A stretch of DNA of 64,000 nucleotides from Raillietiella orientalis (GCA_036172245.1 JAYWIR010000015.1:4030001-4094000); one strand, 5' to 3'; shown: positions 13,068 to 27,587, numbered from the stretch's first letter. The notes: a model not told the origin generated them from the sequence alone. Made by a program: numbers and translations.

Positions 13068-15193
13068 ACTCTGATAGGTTTCTTCCCCACGTCTGGCAAC
13101 CGCAAATTGCGGATCGCCTATTCATGCGCTTTTTAGTGACCAACAGCCTTCGATATCAGCGAACACGCATCCATCTTCATGTGTTTCACGAACCTACGCA
13201 CATGAATGATTTTGTTTTCAATGCATGCAGACCTTGATAAGTGTGAACAGATGTGCACACACATCTTATGTAACAGGCAGGCATTTTGAAAGCATTGCAA
13301 TTGTGGGCAAATGGAACGGAAAAATGTAATGACAGAAGGAATGGGCTGTAAAACATACGAGAGGGAACATGGGAGTAGCGCCTGAAGGCAGTCAGTCGGT
13401 CTCAGAAACAAGGCACTCCAACTATCAAGGAAAAGCTGTTGCATCACGTCGTTAATAATTCGGTAGAATACAGTGATTCAGCAGTTTCTGCTATCAGCTG
13501 GACCATCCTTAGCCAAGAAGGAACGAAAGAAACTTCTAACATCTGAAGCTGCGCTGAAGGACTACACGTTTTGCGAGGAGCTTCCCAAACACTGCGTGAA
13601 AAGTCAGTATGTCCCGGAACACTTGCACTCAACACCAGTTTTCCCGATTCTTATATCTTTGCTCCAGCTGTTTCCGACTCTTATTCGGTTGTTCTAGCAG
13701 TCCAGCGCATACAAATTCCTTTTCTTTACAGAATTCCTATTTGAGGAGCGCGCTCTTGCTCCTGCTGCTGCCAAACTGTTCCAGGAAAGGGCATTCTGCT
13801 TTCTGGTCCCGGTTCTTCGCGGTAGAATTCTTTTTGCGGTGGCGGCGCATTTCAGACCGAAAACATCAAAATCAAACCCAAAGCTCTTTATAATGACTGA
13901 GAGGACATAAGCACTAAAGAGTTAAACCTAACAGGACTCCTGGACTCTGGACCTACAGTTGAAGACGAGAGCTGAATCGATCCGAGTTGTAATCACCTTA
14001 GTCAGATAACCATTATCGAATTCATCACGATTCCTCCTCCTAGCCTCTCAATCGCAACCGTGGGTACCTAGAGGGGAGACAGACGAGGAGAAACTTCTAT
14101 CTGTTGGGAAAAAACCTGAGACTTTTCCCAACAGATAGACATCTAATAATGTCGATTTGGGAACGCGACTCATCACGAGTTGCCACACTGAAATCAACTT
14201 CCCGGTCAACCGTCTCGAAACGAATCCGCAATCGTGAATGCTGGGGAATCATTGCTGTTTGCTGCAACCCCGTGAAACCAAGTTTTGATTTAGCTAAATA
14301 CTGATTGCTATCGAGGCGCCTTGGAACTGGGAAGGGGAGAATGCACCAGGCGCCACTTCATCTTCGGGAAGATTACAAGCTTGAAAAAGTTTCTCCATTC
14401 GTCTAGACAAAGAAGCACTTCCTGGACGTTTCCAGTCTTTCAGCTGAGGATAAAATCTCTTCTGCTCCTGATTTATAACCAGCATATTCTTTTTCCGCGT
14501 AAAATGTTTGAAATTTAACAGTTCTTATCATATGGAAGCTGTCGAAAGATGAAGACGTGAAACATTTTTCTTGTTCTGGCTAACCAAACTTGACCCCACA
14601 TGTCATCGATATCAGCCTCTCTGTCCGAGTGGAGCATAAAGTCTGTCGTCCGTAGCTGCCGCTCGCTTCCCAACCTTTGTTTTCGGTGTGACCTTCCACT
14701 GAGAAGATTTTCGAGCCATTTTTGAACAACTCGCTCCAGCCCGTGAGGGTGTCTTTTGAAAGAATGCGAAGGACCTGTGGCGTTTCAGTCTATCCTGCCA
14801 CTTGAGGGCAGATTTCTTTTTTTGTTGAATCCCACTTCACATTGCTCCCGGAGTGGTTCTGTCACGAGTCAGCAATTTCATGGTGATGTGATGAGTTGAC
14901 GATATGAGACGTGACAGCAATTCGAGCCACATTCGACTTGCTGTGACTAAGGTTTCCATCTTTCCAAGTAGATTCAATCCATTCGGCCGTAGAGTCGCAG
15001 TGTCTATCACAGAAGCGAAACTTCACAACAGGCACAGAAGCGCATTTTAATCTATGAAAGTCGGCGCGAAGTTTTCTCAGATTCAATTCGCGGAACTTGA
15101 GCAACTGACTTTATAAGCAGCCATGAGCTATGACGCTGTATAATTAGCTATGGTTTCAAGCAGAGGGGCTGTTGGTGATTTTTGTGTTTCCAG

Positions 15194-15372
15194 AGCTATC
15201 ACAGCTTGCTGTTTACATCAAGCTATTCAGTTTACCCCTTGCCGATACGCACACCTATGCTGAAGGTCTATACAAAGGGCCATACTTCGAGCCGATGCCA
15301 AATAATATAACTGTCACCTTGGGAGATCATTCCTATTTGCCGTGTAAAGTACGACAGCTGGGAGGCAATAGC
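15194..15372 (+). CDS. Dpr/zig-8-like two-Ig cell-surface protein, first identified coding exon (start of Ig1)
   Basis: Acceptor tttgtgtttccag| and donor AGC|gtaagt (phase 0). Encodes ...GPYFEPMPNNITVTLGDHSYLPCKVRQLGGNS, typical of the Dpr Ig1 N-terminal half. Needs an upstream phase-1 exon that was not found; the exact 5' acceptor is less certain than the donor. Confidence 0.88.
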
Positions 15373-18346
15373 GTAAGTACTAACTTCTAGTCACCCATAG
15401 CATGACATCGCAAGGCTCCTTTAGGGAACTTGATTGACTTGTGCATATCTTGTCTGTTTTGCCTTTCTTCTGGAAATCGCTTTCCTTGATTCTCCGTTCC
15501 TTTATATTCCTACGAATCAATCTGTTAAGCACGATTCACCTGTATCAGTTTTGAGAGTTTTCGGGGACGGTATCTGATCATGAAAGATCAACATGAAGTC
15601 GGAAGAAATCGGCACTATACTTCCATCCTCGGACTGCTTCAAGGATGCATCCTGCGAGAGGTCGATACGAGTGTTGCTTTTTAAAAGAGATGCAGCAGTT
15701 TTTTTTCCCTACTCTTGTCCTTGTTGAGCAAGGCAACACTGCTTTTACGTATAGTCGTTTCCTTTTTGACAAAGGGTTCAGCAGCTCTTGGAATGTCGAA
15801 CGTCATGGCAAGCTAAACTTTCTAACTTCCGGTTTCCAAATCAGAGGCTGCAATCAGAAGCGAATATGCAAAATGCTACTTAGAATAAGGGTCAATTTTC
15901 AGAAATCTCTGATGGTTTGTTGCGGTACTGTCTGCCTTTTTCCACAAATGTAAAAACTTGTACCTTCTTTCATACCTTCTTTCAGACACATTGCTGTTTT
16001 CGTTTCGGATGTCCAGTACATTGTGTTCCACGAAGTTGAACTTGAAATTTGTATACATGCAATACATCATTCCTTTCATTCCTTAGGCAAGTTCGTTCAG
16101 ATTGTCTAATGAATGAAATTATTTGCAATCATATAGAGGAAAGAGATAAATGAAAAATCCAGCTATAACTATAAATCTCTTGCTGTATTTTCTCAGCTTT
16201 GAAACATCATTGACCCATCACTTATTCCAGAAGGGAGTTTAACGTCCATTCTCATATATTTCACATTCTCAGATGTTCTCTCTTTCTGAGGCTGCAGGTC
16301 TTTCTCCACGCATATTCTCCTCGAGGATTCTTTCCTCCGGATTGTGCACATCAAGAGAATATTCAGCTTCAGACACCCAATGAGGACTCGGAAACTGCGT
16401 GCAAACATTGTAACTCTTCCAGAAATATTGAACCTTTGTGAGGGATAACTTCAAGGAATGACTCTTACTAACAGCAGACAGCACCGTGAAGATAAAAGTC
16501 GGTGAAAGAGGACGTAGTATGGAGCATTTTCCATGGAACATCCTTTGTTCCCATGTAGAGAGAAACGGGTGGAACAGCGTTTGAGTATCTTCTTAAATGT
16601 CAGTACAAGTGAGATGCACGTTTCTAAGCTCAGAGGACCTTATTTGAGAAACGTTGCGGGGTCTGAGCATTTCCTGACAACAGAATGGTCCCTCTGAAAG
16701 GAGCAGACGCCAATTCTTTCGCCATTCCTTACACTCCATGAACTAATTCCAAAAATACGGGATGGAGGCACGTTTTAGGAGACGTGGCCGAATTTTTCCG
16801 ATGAGAACTTGTGTCCACATCCTCACGAACAGAGTTATCGAATTCCGGGATTTCTGCTTAAGATGACCTTAATGCAATGACCTTAATGACCGTTGGTGAA
16901 TGTGGATCATGATCCAAAACTTAAGGAATCTGTTTTGATGAAACCATGGGTATCCAAGTGCTGCAAAACGAAATCTCCTGTTGGCTCCAACGGAGAAATG
17001 GAATGGCCCCTTTCTTTGCTCTGAGTTTCATTCAGTCTAGTCAAGGTACAGAGTGGAAATATGAATATGGATAAATAATAACATGGATCCGTGCGGCATT
17101 CCACCCATGTAGCGTCTCTTGCAATGCGTGAACCCATCAACCACCAGTATTTTGATGTGTCAGAAATGCACAGACTATGAAATCGATAACGTTCTTCGTT
17201 CGAACAGAGTGCTTCTTCAGTCAAAGTGTTCTCACAGTTCTTGGTCATTTTCAATCTCAACTGAGGGCCATTTTCAATTCAGGCTGCCACTTCATGATTC
17301 GCTTCGCCGCGACTCAAGGAATCCAAGTACTCATCCCACGTAGTCCTTTTGAAGCGTTCCAGCCTTCACCAGTCCGTGAAGTCTGGAAGGTACCTGTTTG
17401 AGAGGTTCCTGAGCAATCCTTCTCTAAAATGCCCCGGGTGGACAAAGCGGAAAGTTTCAGGAACATTCAGGAATGTCGGTTTATTCATCCTCACCAGCAT
17501 CTTGAACAGTAAATGGGAACCATTACTAGTGTTAAAACAGGAAGTCATAAGGTGATGAAGAAAAAAACAATCCTATTCAATCTGCAGAAGTTCTACTCGT
17601 TTTCCGCATGATCCTCTTTTCAAGTTTCCGGTATTTCCTTAATGTGCGAAAAAAGAATGCTTCATAATACCGTGTCTGGTGACGAGAACTTTTATAACAA
17701 CCATCTCTTGACACAAGAGTCGTAGAAAATGCCCTGTGCCTTTACTGAGTTACTTAATTTGGTCTCTTCTGAAGACAGATCGCGTTGCTTACTTAAAGCA
17801 TATCACGTGAGTTTATTCTTTGGAATTTCAACTTAGTTGCAGCAGTGCTTTCAGCTTCCTCTTTGGTGCTTATGAGAACCTTTCCTTAGATTTTTAACGA
17901 CGAGTCTTACAAACAACTCGAAGGGAAAGAACAGAGCTTCATGCTTTCAATGGCTCATCAACCTTTATTCGAGGGGGGGGGGGACATCCTAAATGACACA
18001 CAAACGTCCAAAATCCTTTGGAAATTCCTCCCCTAACGATTACAAATCTCCAAATGCAAATTATCAATACGTATGTTAATCAGTTGTTTTTGATCACGGA
18101 AAGTAGGCTCATGTTTTCGTCAGATCAGATTATAAAACTTTGTGCAATCAAGGATGCCTGCAAATGGCAACCTTGACCATCCTAGTTGTGCGCAGGGTTC
18201 AAAAATGTCTTCCTCTGAGTGCATGGTCATCTGTCTATTTGCCATCTTCCCTTGCCCTACCATTAGTAGTTGATTTTCTGTCCTTGGAATGAGAGTTGGA
18301 ACACGAGGTTCCATCCTTGGTTAAACTTCATCTCATTGTCTTTTAG

Positions 18347-18557
18347 GTTTCTTGGATCAGAAGTCGAGATTCTAGCCTTCTTACCATTGGCACTTACACT
18401 TTCACTAGTGAAAAAAGATTTCAAACGTTTTACAATGAAGACTTCGGAAGCTGGACGCTGCAAATCAAGTACACAAAACCTTCGGACCTGGGAACATACG
18501 AATGTCAAATATCTTCTGAACCTAAACTAAGTCATTTCGTGTACCTTAATGTAAGAG
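18347..18557 (+). CDS. Dpr-like gene, exon completing Ig1
   Basis: Acceptor ttgtcttttag|, donor G|gtcagt (phase 1). Encodes VSWIRSRDSSLLTIGTYTFTSEKRFQ...WTLQIKYTKPSDLGTYECQISSEPKLSHFVYLNVR, with the Dpr hallmarks VSWIR, WTLQI and DxGxYECQ. In frame with the previous exon. Confidence 0.95.
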
Positions 18558-19949
18558 GTCAGTTTCATTGTCATGCTCTTTAAGAAGTGTGCTTCTGAAT
18601 GATGCTTTAAACATTGATCCCTTTCTGGATTTGATCAAAGCCAGGTTCAATAATAACTGCTCAAATGAGCACAATGAGTACTAAGACTCAAGTAAAGTGG
18701 AGATATAGGGTCAGTTTTTGTTTCTAGCTGGACAAATAAGAAAACGATGTGACAGGCTGCAATCAGAGTAGATTCCTTAGCAACAAACTGGTTCTTTCTT
18801 CAATAGTCATGCTCTTTGTTTTTTTCGAAACATTACTTGAATCACTAATATGAACTACTGATACCAGAGAAGCGGTACTATGGATACTCATTTCATAGCA
18901 TCTAAGATTGCAGAGAGAGAATTCTAGAAAGGTACAATTACTAAAGTTCCCAATGTTTGTCAATTTCCCTTTATTAATCCATCAATTGGATGACTAATTT
19001 GTTATCAAAATCAAAGCGACTGAAAACAAGCAACTCACAAAAGTTGTAAGAGTCACATTTTCATCCTTTCAAGGTAAAGATCATTTTGTTCGCTCACGTC
19101 TTCGCCTGCTGATTTCTTCTTGTAGTCACAGCGAAGTAAATCTTCGCGGTCATTTGTTTCCCGGGCAGCAGGATGAAATACTCCAGAGTAAGCGTCGAGC
19201 TAAACTTCTCTTTACTGATGATTCTCAAGCAAAATCCTGCTTTCCGATAGGGACGAAATTGCTTTCCTTGACCTTTACTAAAAGGATTTCGAGCATGAGG
19301 TAAGATTGTCTGGGAAACTTTGCTTTTGAGGTCGCAATAGTCAGGATCAAACTTTCTGGAGATTCTCAAAGGCCATTTCCTGAAGAAGCAAGATTAAATC
19401 TGAAACTGGAGAAAATTAAGTCTTAAATGACTTCTTCTGAAAACATAGGAGGAAGGAAATACTCTGAGGCCAAGTCAATAACTTTTCAAAGGTTTCAGTA
19501 TCTATGACGGATACATTCTTTATTCTTCTTTCGTAATTTCTTCGAGCATGACCTTTTTTTATGAGGAAAGAAAAAACAGTCCGAAGTCTCATATTGAAGA
19601 AACATCGCCTCCTTAGGTACAGACCTCCTCTCTGAACTTCAAACGGAAGAAGGAAAGCAGATCTTAGAATAGACGTTGGACTGGTGGATGCTTGGAAGTC
19701 GATCGTGCATCTAAAAGAAGAATCAACTTTGCAATCGCAAGCCGCCTAATTATGTTAGCTGTTCTTCCTTTTCTAATGACTTTACTCTTTCGCCTTTGAG
19801 CTGTTGACTCATTAGAGCAGCTCCCGGAAGCCTATGAACAGTTTCCAGGAAAAATGAAGGCCTAATGGACACTTCATTTGATGTGTTGCCAAAAGGAGGA
19901 ATTTCGAAATGCGTGTTACTCTCCCTTAACTTTCGTGTGTTCCTCAGCT

Positions 19950-21600
19950 AAGCGCCTGGAGCACAACTGTTTCTTTTTTGTGTAAGGAGGGAGGCGTTTC
20001 TCCCAATTAAGAGTTCCCAGGAAGCCAAACACAAAGATCCGATTTCGCCGGAATCAGGGATGTTGCTGCTGCAAGGCTACAGAATACACCGCTAAGCAGC
20101 TGTTGCACCAGCTCAAGTTTGCAGCTGTAGAGGTTCAAAGACTCCACCTTCAAATGGATGTGGATGAAGGGAGAGGTGGATGCGAAATGAAATCCTGCCA
20201 CTCTCGCCACCAAAGATGACCGAAAAACCCAGGCTTTGTTCTTTATCATTCGTTTGCCAAGTCTCTGTGGATCCTTCGAGCTTAATTTTTTGAAAGAGGG
20301 GTCTCTATTGACTGCGCTAAGAAAGCTTTTTGAGACTAAGGGGCTATCTTTAGGGTGAGTGCCTTTCAGAAAGGCAAACTGGGCACAGTCATTCCCAATA
20401 GTCCTTCTTTCTTTACGTTTGCTTCAAAGTGGTCCATGTCATTGAAGATTCCCCCACGAGTCGCCAAAAGCGGAGCTTCCGCTATGACCACGGGTGTGCC
20501 CTGAGGGCTTTATTAGACCGCCCAGGTTTCAAACGGACGTTCATTTACAAAGTACATTTTACAAAAGTTCATGTCATTGGAGCCTTTTCAAAATATCTTC
20601 TTTGACCTACCAAAAAAAGTTCTTCAAGTGGAGACGAGCCATGTACTCTCATAGGCAGGAGCATGCGGAAACACGCATGCCTGTGTACGAGACACACGTG
20701 TAGTTGGTATTTACCACATCCTTTCCAAGTGTCTCCTAGAGCACCTGCTGTATCACCAGTATGAAAAACAGTCTTCTTCCAAAGAAGAAACCTGACACAC
20801 ATGTAGTTGGTATTTACACATCTAGCCAAGTGCAGGATTCACATATTGGCAAAGTGGAATTGCCACGAATAGGACTGGGGAGAGCTTCAGGAATCTCTTG
20901 AACATCTCAGGAAGTTTGCATTGCTGAATAGGCAGGTGGCGCTCTTGTCGAAATTCCGAAGCGTTTTATACCAAACGGAAGCTGAAGCTGGCGGAATCTG
21001 AAAGCTCCTAGACTTTCGAGGAGAAGAACAAATTGCTGAAAATCTGGGGCGGAGTCATCGAAATTTTCCAAGATACCATTCTACTTTCAACTCGTCTTGA
21101 GAAATACAAAGACATTGGTAGTCAAATTCGGGAGAAGCCAATGAGTTGGTCGGGGAGAGGCTAATTGGAGGATGGATTTCTCTCATTTTTTCCCCATTAC
21201 GTCTTTAAAACTCCGGAGTTACCTTCACAGAGAGAGGAAAGTTTTTGATGTCTTCTCGTAGTTTCCACTCTCAACACATGGATGGAACATCTTGAGATGG
21301 GATGCACCCGCTCAAGTGTTGCACTCGGAGCACTTGCCATTTTTCCTTAAGATGAGGAGAGAATTCAATGAACTGACTGGCTTGGACGTGGAAAATCCTT
21401 TCTTCCTCCGAGAGTTGAGGGAATGTGGACTTTGCCGACCAGACGTAGTACCGAATTTCTCTGCCAAATAATGAGGCATAGCTTTCATCATCCAAGTCAA
21501 TGACGGCGGGGGGTGGGTTTGGTAAAGATTCCATCAGTCTTTGACTAATCTGAATTACCCAGAGACCGGGAACGACACGGGGCGGGTGCGAGGTGATAAA
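19950..21600 (-). mobile_element. BEL/Pao LTR retrotransposon relic (gag to RT, internally deleted) in a Dpr intron
   Basis: In order on the minus strand: LMESLPNPPPAVIDLDDESY / HYLAEKFG (Pao gag), a CFS knuckle remnant (~20750), HPW, QKAFL...HRD...LWW, RVAGFHFASTSPF and QQLLSG (RT motifs EKAFLQ, RVPFG..SSPF, YVDDLLSG). Confidence 0.6.
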
Positions 21601-22415
21601 TATCCGTAATCAGTTTGCCGGCTCCGCGCTGAGAGCAATCGGATCCATCGGAATTTTTCTCCGTTTGCTTCGTGATTCGTCTCCCAGCTTTGCAGACGCC
21701 AAGCATCGTGAGCGAAACTGCAATCCTCGCCTTCCTGAAACGGGAAGGCAACATCAAAGATCATTTGAGTTCCGTGCGCTGTTTGATCATGAAGTTTTGC
21801 TTGTAACGAGGAATGATGAGTGATACTCCAGTGAGTTGCATCCGCCACTTTTCCATCTGCGGCTTTCTCACAGGAACTTTCCTCCGGAGCTCCAGAATTT
21901 CTCCATGATCAGGGTTTGAAAGTGTGCGTGTAAGAAATTTCCTGGGATAACGGCGCTGGAAGATAATTGCCGACGCGGCGATATTTCCCAACATTTTTTG
22001 CGAGCTGCCAAAGATGTTCATTCTGCTGATTCGCATCCTACAAGCACCTCTAATTCATTTTAAAAGTGCAGAACCATGTTGATTTTCATCCCTGGAAAAA
22101 ATCACTGGTCGAGAAACCAGCGGTTCGTTCTCAGTCTTCGAGATGGATCAGGAATTGAGAAAAAGTGGGAACAAGCAACACTAGACGCTCCCCCCTCTAC
22201 CCGTCTCAGCTAAGGTGGCGCAAGTACTAGGAGTGTGGGGAACTGCCCAATTGTGCCAGGCACATGAAGAAATGACTGATTCTATTATGCTGGTATGATG
22301 ACAACTATAGGCAGTAAATCTGCCGCAGAAACCTCCAAGATGAACTTAAGAGGCATCTATTCAAAGTGTGAGAAAGGAAACGTTCCTGAGTTTATTAGAA
22401 GATCGCTGACGAGGA

Positions 22416-22495
22416 TCTTTCCCAAGCATCTCCTCGAGCACTCGCTGTATCTCTGGCATGAAAAACAGTCTTCCAACGAAGAAAAGACCTGGAGT
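22416..22495 (-). repeat. Paralogous Pao gag zinc-knuckle fragment (similar to 20718-20795)
   Basis: About 78 bp align by eye with 20718-20795 (shared atgaaaaacagtcttc). The minus strand reads CFSCQRYSECSRRC. Confidence 0.55.
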
Positions 22496-24649
22496 CATCC
22501 TTTAGCAAACAGAGTGCGTTCCTTCTTTCCCGTGAGAGATGACAGCGGAGATTAACAGAAAGATTTTTTTTAAGAAAGCGTAGCCGATAGCCGAGTTACA
22601 AACTCTTCCTTTCTGGTTTGTGAGACCACAGTCCTGCTCTCTCCTTTTTGTAGAAAGGGCTTTTTTTCGACACTCCAGAGCCGCCATCTTGCATTTTTCT
22701 GCTGCAAAAGAAAACAAAAAACAAAAACCGTATTTAACCCCGCATTCCCAGAACGTTTGGTACCTCTCTGGTCCAAGTTATTGAGGGGCACCTTCACGAC
22801 CGTGGCCTCCTCGAAAAGTCCAGAAAACAACGCTCCATCCCACGACGACATTTTTCGACTGCGAGAGTGTTGCTGCAAGTGTATTAGGCCTCCTAAGAAT
22901 CTCCCCGACCCACCACTTCCAACGACTTCTTCACTAGATGAATGCTGGAGTGCTTGTCCAGCTTTTAGCAGAACCCGGAAATCATTCCGGCATCTGACTG
23001 ATTTTTGACTCGTTCAACCGGAGACTTCTGCCAACGTGAAGATGAGAATCAGCTTTCCGGGATCGGAAGCACATCCGGTGAATTTTTTATCCCCTCTAGA
23101 GTGACGCAGAATCCGATTCTCTACGAGGATCAAGTAGCGGAAAGAGCTGAATGCTGGTGTTCTTCGTCTTTTGCAGACTGGAAATGACTGAAATTTCACA
23201 ACAGTAAGGCACCAAAACCACAATGTGCCTCTTCGACCTATAGTTACCACCCCATCAGTCGGCCTCAGGAGACCAGGTTTCTCGAAGGGGGGCGACTTGC
23301 AAGAACAACCATGTCTGCGGCTATTCGCGCTTCATATTCTGTGTCCGGTTTGCTGGACAGGGTACTGCACACTTTTCCTGCAGCCACGCATTCGGCTAAA
23401 AGCCTTCGAAAGGAAAGAGGGGGGGAGGGAAAGGAGCAGGAAGTGTTTATGTGGAAATTCGAAAGACTAGATCAACCGGAATGAAGAATCCCATAAAGAA
23501 ATATCTCAGAAACTTGCCACGAGAGCTTCCTTTAATGTCAAAAGGACCAAATGAACGAGTCAAAAATCAGGTGAAATCGAAAAAAGGGGGAGGGATCGAG
23601 GAGCCAAGTTTGCTCTTCTGTGGAAGAGTTCTTCCAGTGTGTGGAGTGGCGACGATGAATCAAATCGACAAAGGACGAAAGATGTGGGCTCAAAGATGAA
23701 CTGGAATGCAGTGGTGGACCGTTACACGAGCGGCGGCCACGATGAGCGATGCTCTTTGAGTTCTCCTGTGGATGAGCAATTCTGAAGAGGAGCATATGAG
23801 ATGTGCGCTCCCTTCCTTATGGAGATAGAAAGTGCCACCTCTGGGATCTGACATCTCTGGAGTTGCAGACCACCAGAGTATGCATTCCTTCCGCAGAAGA
23901 GGCCATTCGAGGATCAGAAGCAGGCGGGAGGTAACCTCGAGAAGTAGGTGAGCGCTTCAGACTCGAAGTAGGACTCCACAGGGGAACAGGCGCATGTTCT
24001 GGAGCTGTGGAGAATGTAGAAAACACGACGTCGAAGAGCTCTGCGTCTGATATGAAAGAGTGTGCAAATTCAGCAGAGAATCGGCTCTCGTAGAGAAGCT
24101 AGAGATTAGCTTAATGATCACGGGTGGACCCAAAGAGAACAAGGCTCTCTAAAAATGCCACACCCAAGTCTAACCGTACCCTAAGTGGGGATTCGGTGAA
24201 CCCAATATAAGTGGGTTCATTTGCTGCTCCTCAAACCAGGAAATCTAGCGCCTTCTCCTTCGCTAGCCAGGAATTTCTGTTCTTCTTCTGAATAAAAATG
24301 GTCTTGGCTCTCTGGTCATTTGAGGGATCTCTAGTTCGCAAAGGAAGAAGAAACTGAAAGATGATTTGGTCCGCTGACCTTGTGTAGGGTTGTAGCAAAG
24401 CACCAACAGTCAGCTTCTAGGAAGGAAATTTCCATTCCTAAATTGAGGTTCAAGGATTCTCGAATCAAAGAAGCCGACTTTGACGATGCACAATTCTAAA
24501 AGCAGTTCATTTTGTTCTTTACAAACAGCCTTTAGTTCGAAGAACAGGAAGACAAAGCTCCTGCCGCCTTTGACTCCCATCGTGAATTCTCATGTCGGAA
24601 GTTATTCCTGGATCGCAATCTCATGGAAAATGGGAAACACTAAATTTCT

Positions 24650-24900
24650 CAACTTTCTTAAAGTCGGTCCCCAAACGCCATCTTCGGTTTTTGAATGCTC
24701 CACGGAAAGCAGTTGTTTGTTCCGATAAACTTCTCGAATTCTCCAATTTCAAGACTATCAATTTTCTGGCTGGCTGCTGTTCCCCGCACCTGGTTCCTCA
24801 CAGTTTGGTTCCTTGCAGCTCGGCTCCACTGATCATATTCCTCGAAACTGGACGTAGTGCGTTCTCTTGCTTTCAAATTCACGTTCTACAGTTTCCTAAT
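24650..24900 (-). mobile_element. Possible Pao protease-RT linker relic
   Basis: SGAELQGTKL*GTRCG followed by LEIGEFEKFIG resembles 'GP.A..TKLGW..G ... FW.LE.IG'. Confidence 0.3.
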
Positions 24901-26399
24901 GACCGCTCGCTGTCAGATTCAAGAAGCGAATCAGAATTGGTCACTGTCAAATTTGGCTTCTTTGATTCGGAAATCCCTTGGGGCATTGTGCTTGGACTAT
25001 CCGCTCTTACTCTTTGGATTGATGGATTTTACAAAGTTTCTTTCCCAATATTGCGAGCGTTGCTGCTTTCCGGTGACTAGAACATTTCACCCTCGATGAC
25101 CACGTTTCCCTTGAAGTTGCGTTGTCAGACTTTTAGGGACGCTTCCCCCCCCCCCCCTCTTTTTTTTTTTTTTTTTAGCAGCTGCACGAGTTTAGGGATG
25201 CTCAAGCGAACCATGCCTCAGCGAATCTCGCTGCATTGTGTTGAGATGGGATTCTGCAAAAAAGTAATCCTTTAGAGATCAACTATGGAATTTTCGTATT
25301 GTGTATCTTAGTCAGTTCTTCGATCCATTCATCCAGCTGATAATAGGATATGAGAACTGAGTGTTGTCTAAGTGGAGCCAAATTGACCTCCCCGCCCGAA
25401 ATCTTCTAGTGGAAGATTCATTATTTTCTGGATGCAATTAGGGGCCGAGCAAGAAGGAAGGAGGAGTGTGCTAGCAGAATAATTGCTGGGATATTGAAGA
25501 GGGGAAAGAAAGTGCTCATGGCTGTCGATGAATCGAAATACCAACCGAAACTTTTCAGAGGTGATCAATTGAGCCACAAAATCGAATTACGAACAAAAAA
25601 CGGCTACTCCAACCTACGAATACGCTGCCAGGAACAAATTCTTAAAACGCTTCCGTCATTCTCATCGAGATGAATGATCCGTGAGGAAATGAATCTCCAA
25701 GCTAACGCCTATGAGAGTGAGCAGATTCTCTTCGTTGGCTTGAAAAGTGTCCACTGTCACTCGTTTTCCTATGAGGATTTTTGAAACTGCTCCACGCATG
25801 CTGACCGCCAGCGTTCTCCACGGATTTCCAGGTACACGCAACATGCGGCTTTTTCTCTGGAGAAACGAAATGATAAGGACTGCATCCGTTTACAGCCCGT
25901 TTTACTAAGGATTCCACCCGAAAAGTAGACAAAGACAAAGGATGACTTCATATTGAATTCAGCTTGAATCATCGCTTTCAGAGCATCACCTGCGTCTCGG
26001 CGGAAATATAACACTCACAACTTCCATCGGAAAGTCAGCATTTCCTGGGGGCTAAAGACCATCTCAAAAGTAAAACCTCGAGGTATCAGAAGCCTGATGA
26101 AACGCGGTTTCTCAGATTTGGTTTATGTCGTGGAGCTGTTTCGGAGTTGCTCTCGACACGCAAAGGCATCAACGGAGTGTCGGAGAAATTCGAAATGCAT
26201 TGATTTGCACCGTGATCACAGATGCCGGTGAGTCCTGCTGCGATTCGGCTGTGTAGCTGAAGAGTGCTGATGCATCATCATGCACGATCTTCAACTGAGT
26301 TTGGCATTTCCGCCTTCCGGGAGAGTTACTCAGGAGACTTTCTGTCTTCATCCTTTTTTTCTTTTTTTTTAAAAAAGAATGATGCCAATCTGCTTCTCT

Positions 26400-26950
26400 C
26401 TACCGGCGATCTGCAGACCAAACTTCCTATTCCGCAACAACTCTGTTTTCGGTAAACGGGGCAAACCTTGGAAAGAAACCTCATGAACCGCTTCGATTCC
26501 AACGAAGGTGAAGAGGAAAGAAGGATTCGCCTTGCTTCCGAAGAGCAGCTCCGTAAAAAGTCTGGAAGATTTTCAGAGGTGGTCATATTGGAAGAAGGGA
26601 CAATTCGTGTAGCTTCGACGTGCCAGAGGCTCGCATCCAATCCCCATATTCTGTTCGAAACATTGGTGACGGAACGACCCGCGGTAGCTGAGCACAGATT
26701 TCGGAGCAAAGTAGGAGAACACCCTCATAAAGGCTCTTCAGGATCATCCACAGCAACAGTTGTTCACACCTGCATCGATGGAAATGGGCTGAGCAAAGCG
26801 GCATTCAAGCAGGAAGTCTTTGCACTCAGTTCTGGAAACCGATCCATTCCGGACTTTTTCACAGAAAAATTTCTTGTCATTATAGGGTACTGGGGTACAC
26901 ACGAGGTGCTTGTGCCTTTGTTTGAAGAGATGCTACTTTCCTTTGCAACA
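26400..26950 (-). mobile_element. Non-LTR reverse-transcriptase relic
   Basis: NFSVKKSGMD, WMILKSLYEG...SPMFRTEYG and RRILLSSSPSLE follow the LINE RT motif order (GFR..S..D; I..LY; S..F...G; DD.LL...S). Catalytic motifs are eroded. Confidence 0.35.
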
Positions 26951-27587
26951 CACGCAACCATGGCATGTTAACCACACGGGGTGAAGGAGGGGCCCTATAG
27001 TTTTGTTCCAAAGACGGCATCAATCAGCAAAGAACATCCGCCTTTTGGGGGAGAGTAAGACGCGTGCTCTAAGGGTTCCTTTACGTCTGAGACGTTGCTA
27101 CGGAATCCGCGTTAGGTTTCTTTTCTCATTCCGAGGTGACGGACCATTTATTTAGAGTAGGTAAGTAATCCTCCCAGAAATGTCAGACCTCGTCTGACGT
27201 AAATCCAAGGAGGAAACTCACAGAGACCAGCAAGCGGGAGAAGAGAAAGAGATTAAAAAAAAAAAAAAAAGTGCCAGGTATCTGCTTTTCGAGTGCCTGA
27301 GTTGGACAGGGCGAGGTGTGAAGAAAAGGCAGAAATGGGAGTCGGGGGGAGATCATTGGTTCCAGCGTGCGATCTACTCCTGAAAGCCTTGTCAACCGCG
27401 TTCCCGTCGACTGGTGATCAGGCATTAAGTGTTCCTCTGCACAGGACTGTTCATCCTTGTGTGCAGCAGCAGGGAGAGTCGAAGGAGGGAAGCGTTTTGA
27501 GCGGAGGCTGTTACCTGATGATGGAGCAGGCAGATCTCCGTCGAGTCCGACGCGAAAACAAATGGAAGGGGAGGGAAATTCTACTCT

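Noticed and set aside
12409..13143. Long ORF-track ORFs as real genes (also 464-1009, 38352-38936, 40539-41090, 55379-56176, 61219-62004)
   Set aside because: No recognisable domains. Most are off-frame or antisense shadows of GC-rich repeat relics.
20718..22495. LTR pair flanking the gag relic
   Set aside because: The repeated segment translates as a gag zinc-knuckle remnant and lacks TG...CA ends.
25145..25176. Poly-C/poly-T run followed by AG
   Set aside because: Low-complexity tract with no credible downstream exon.
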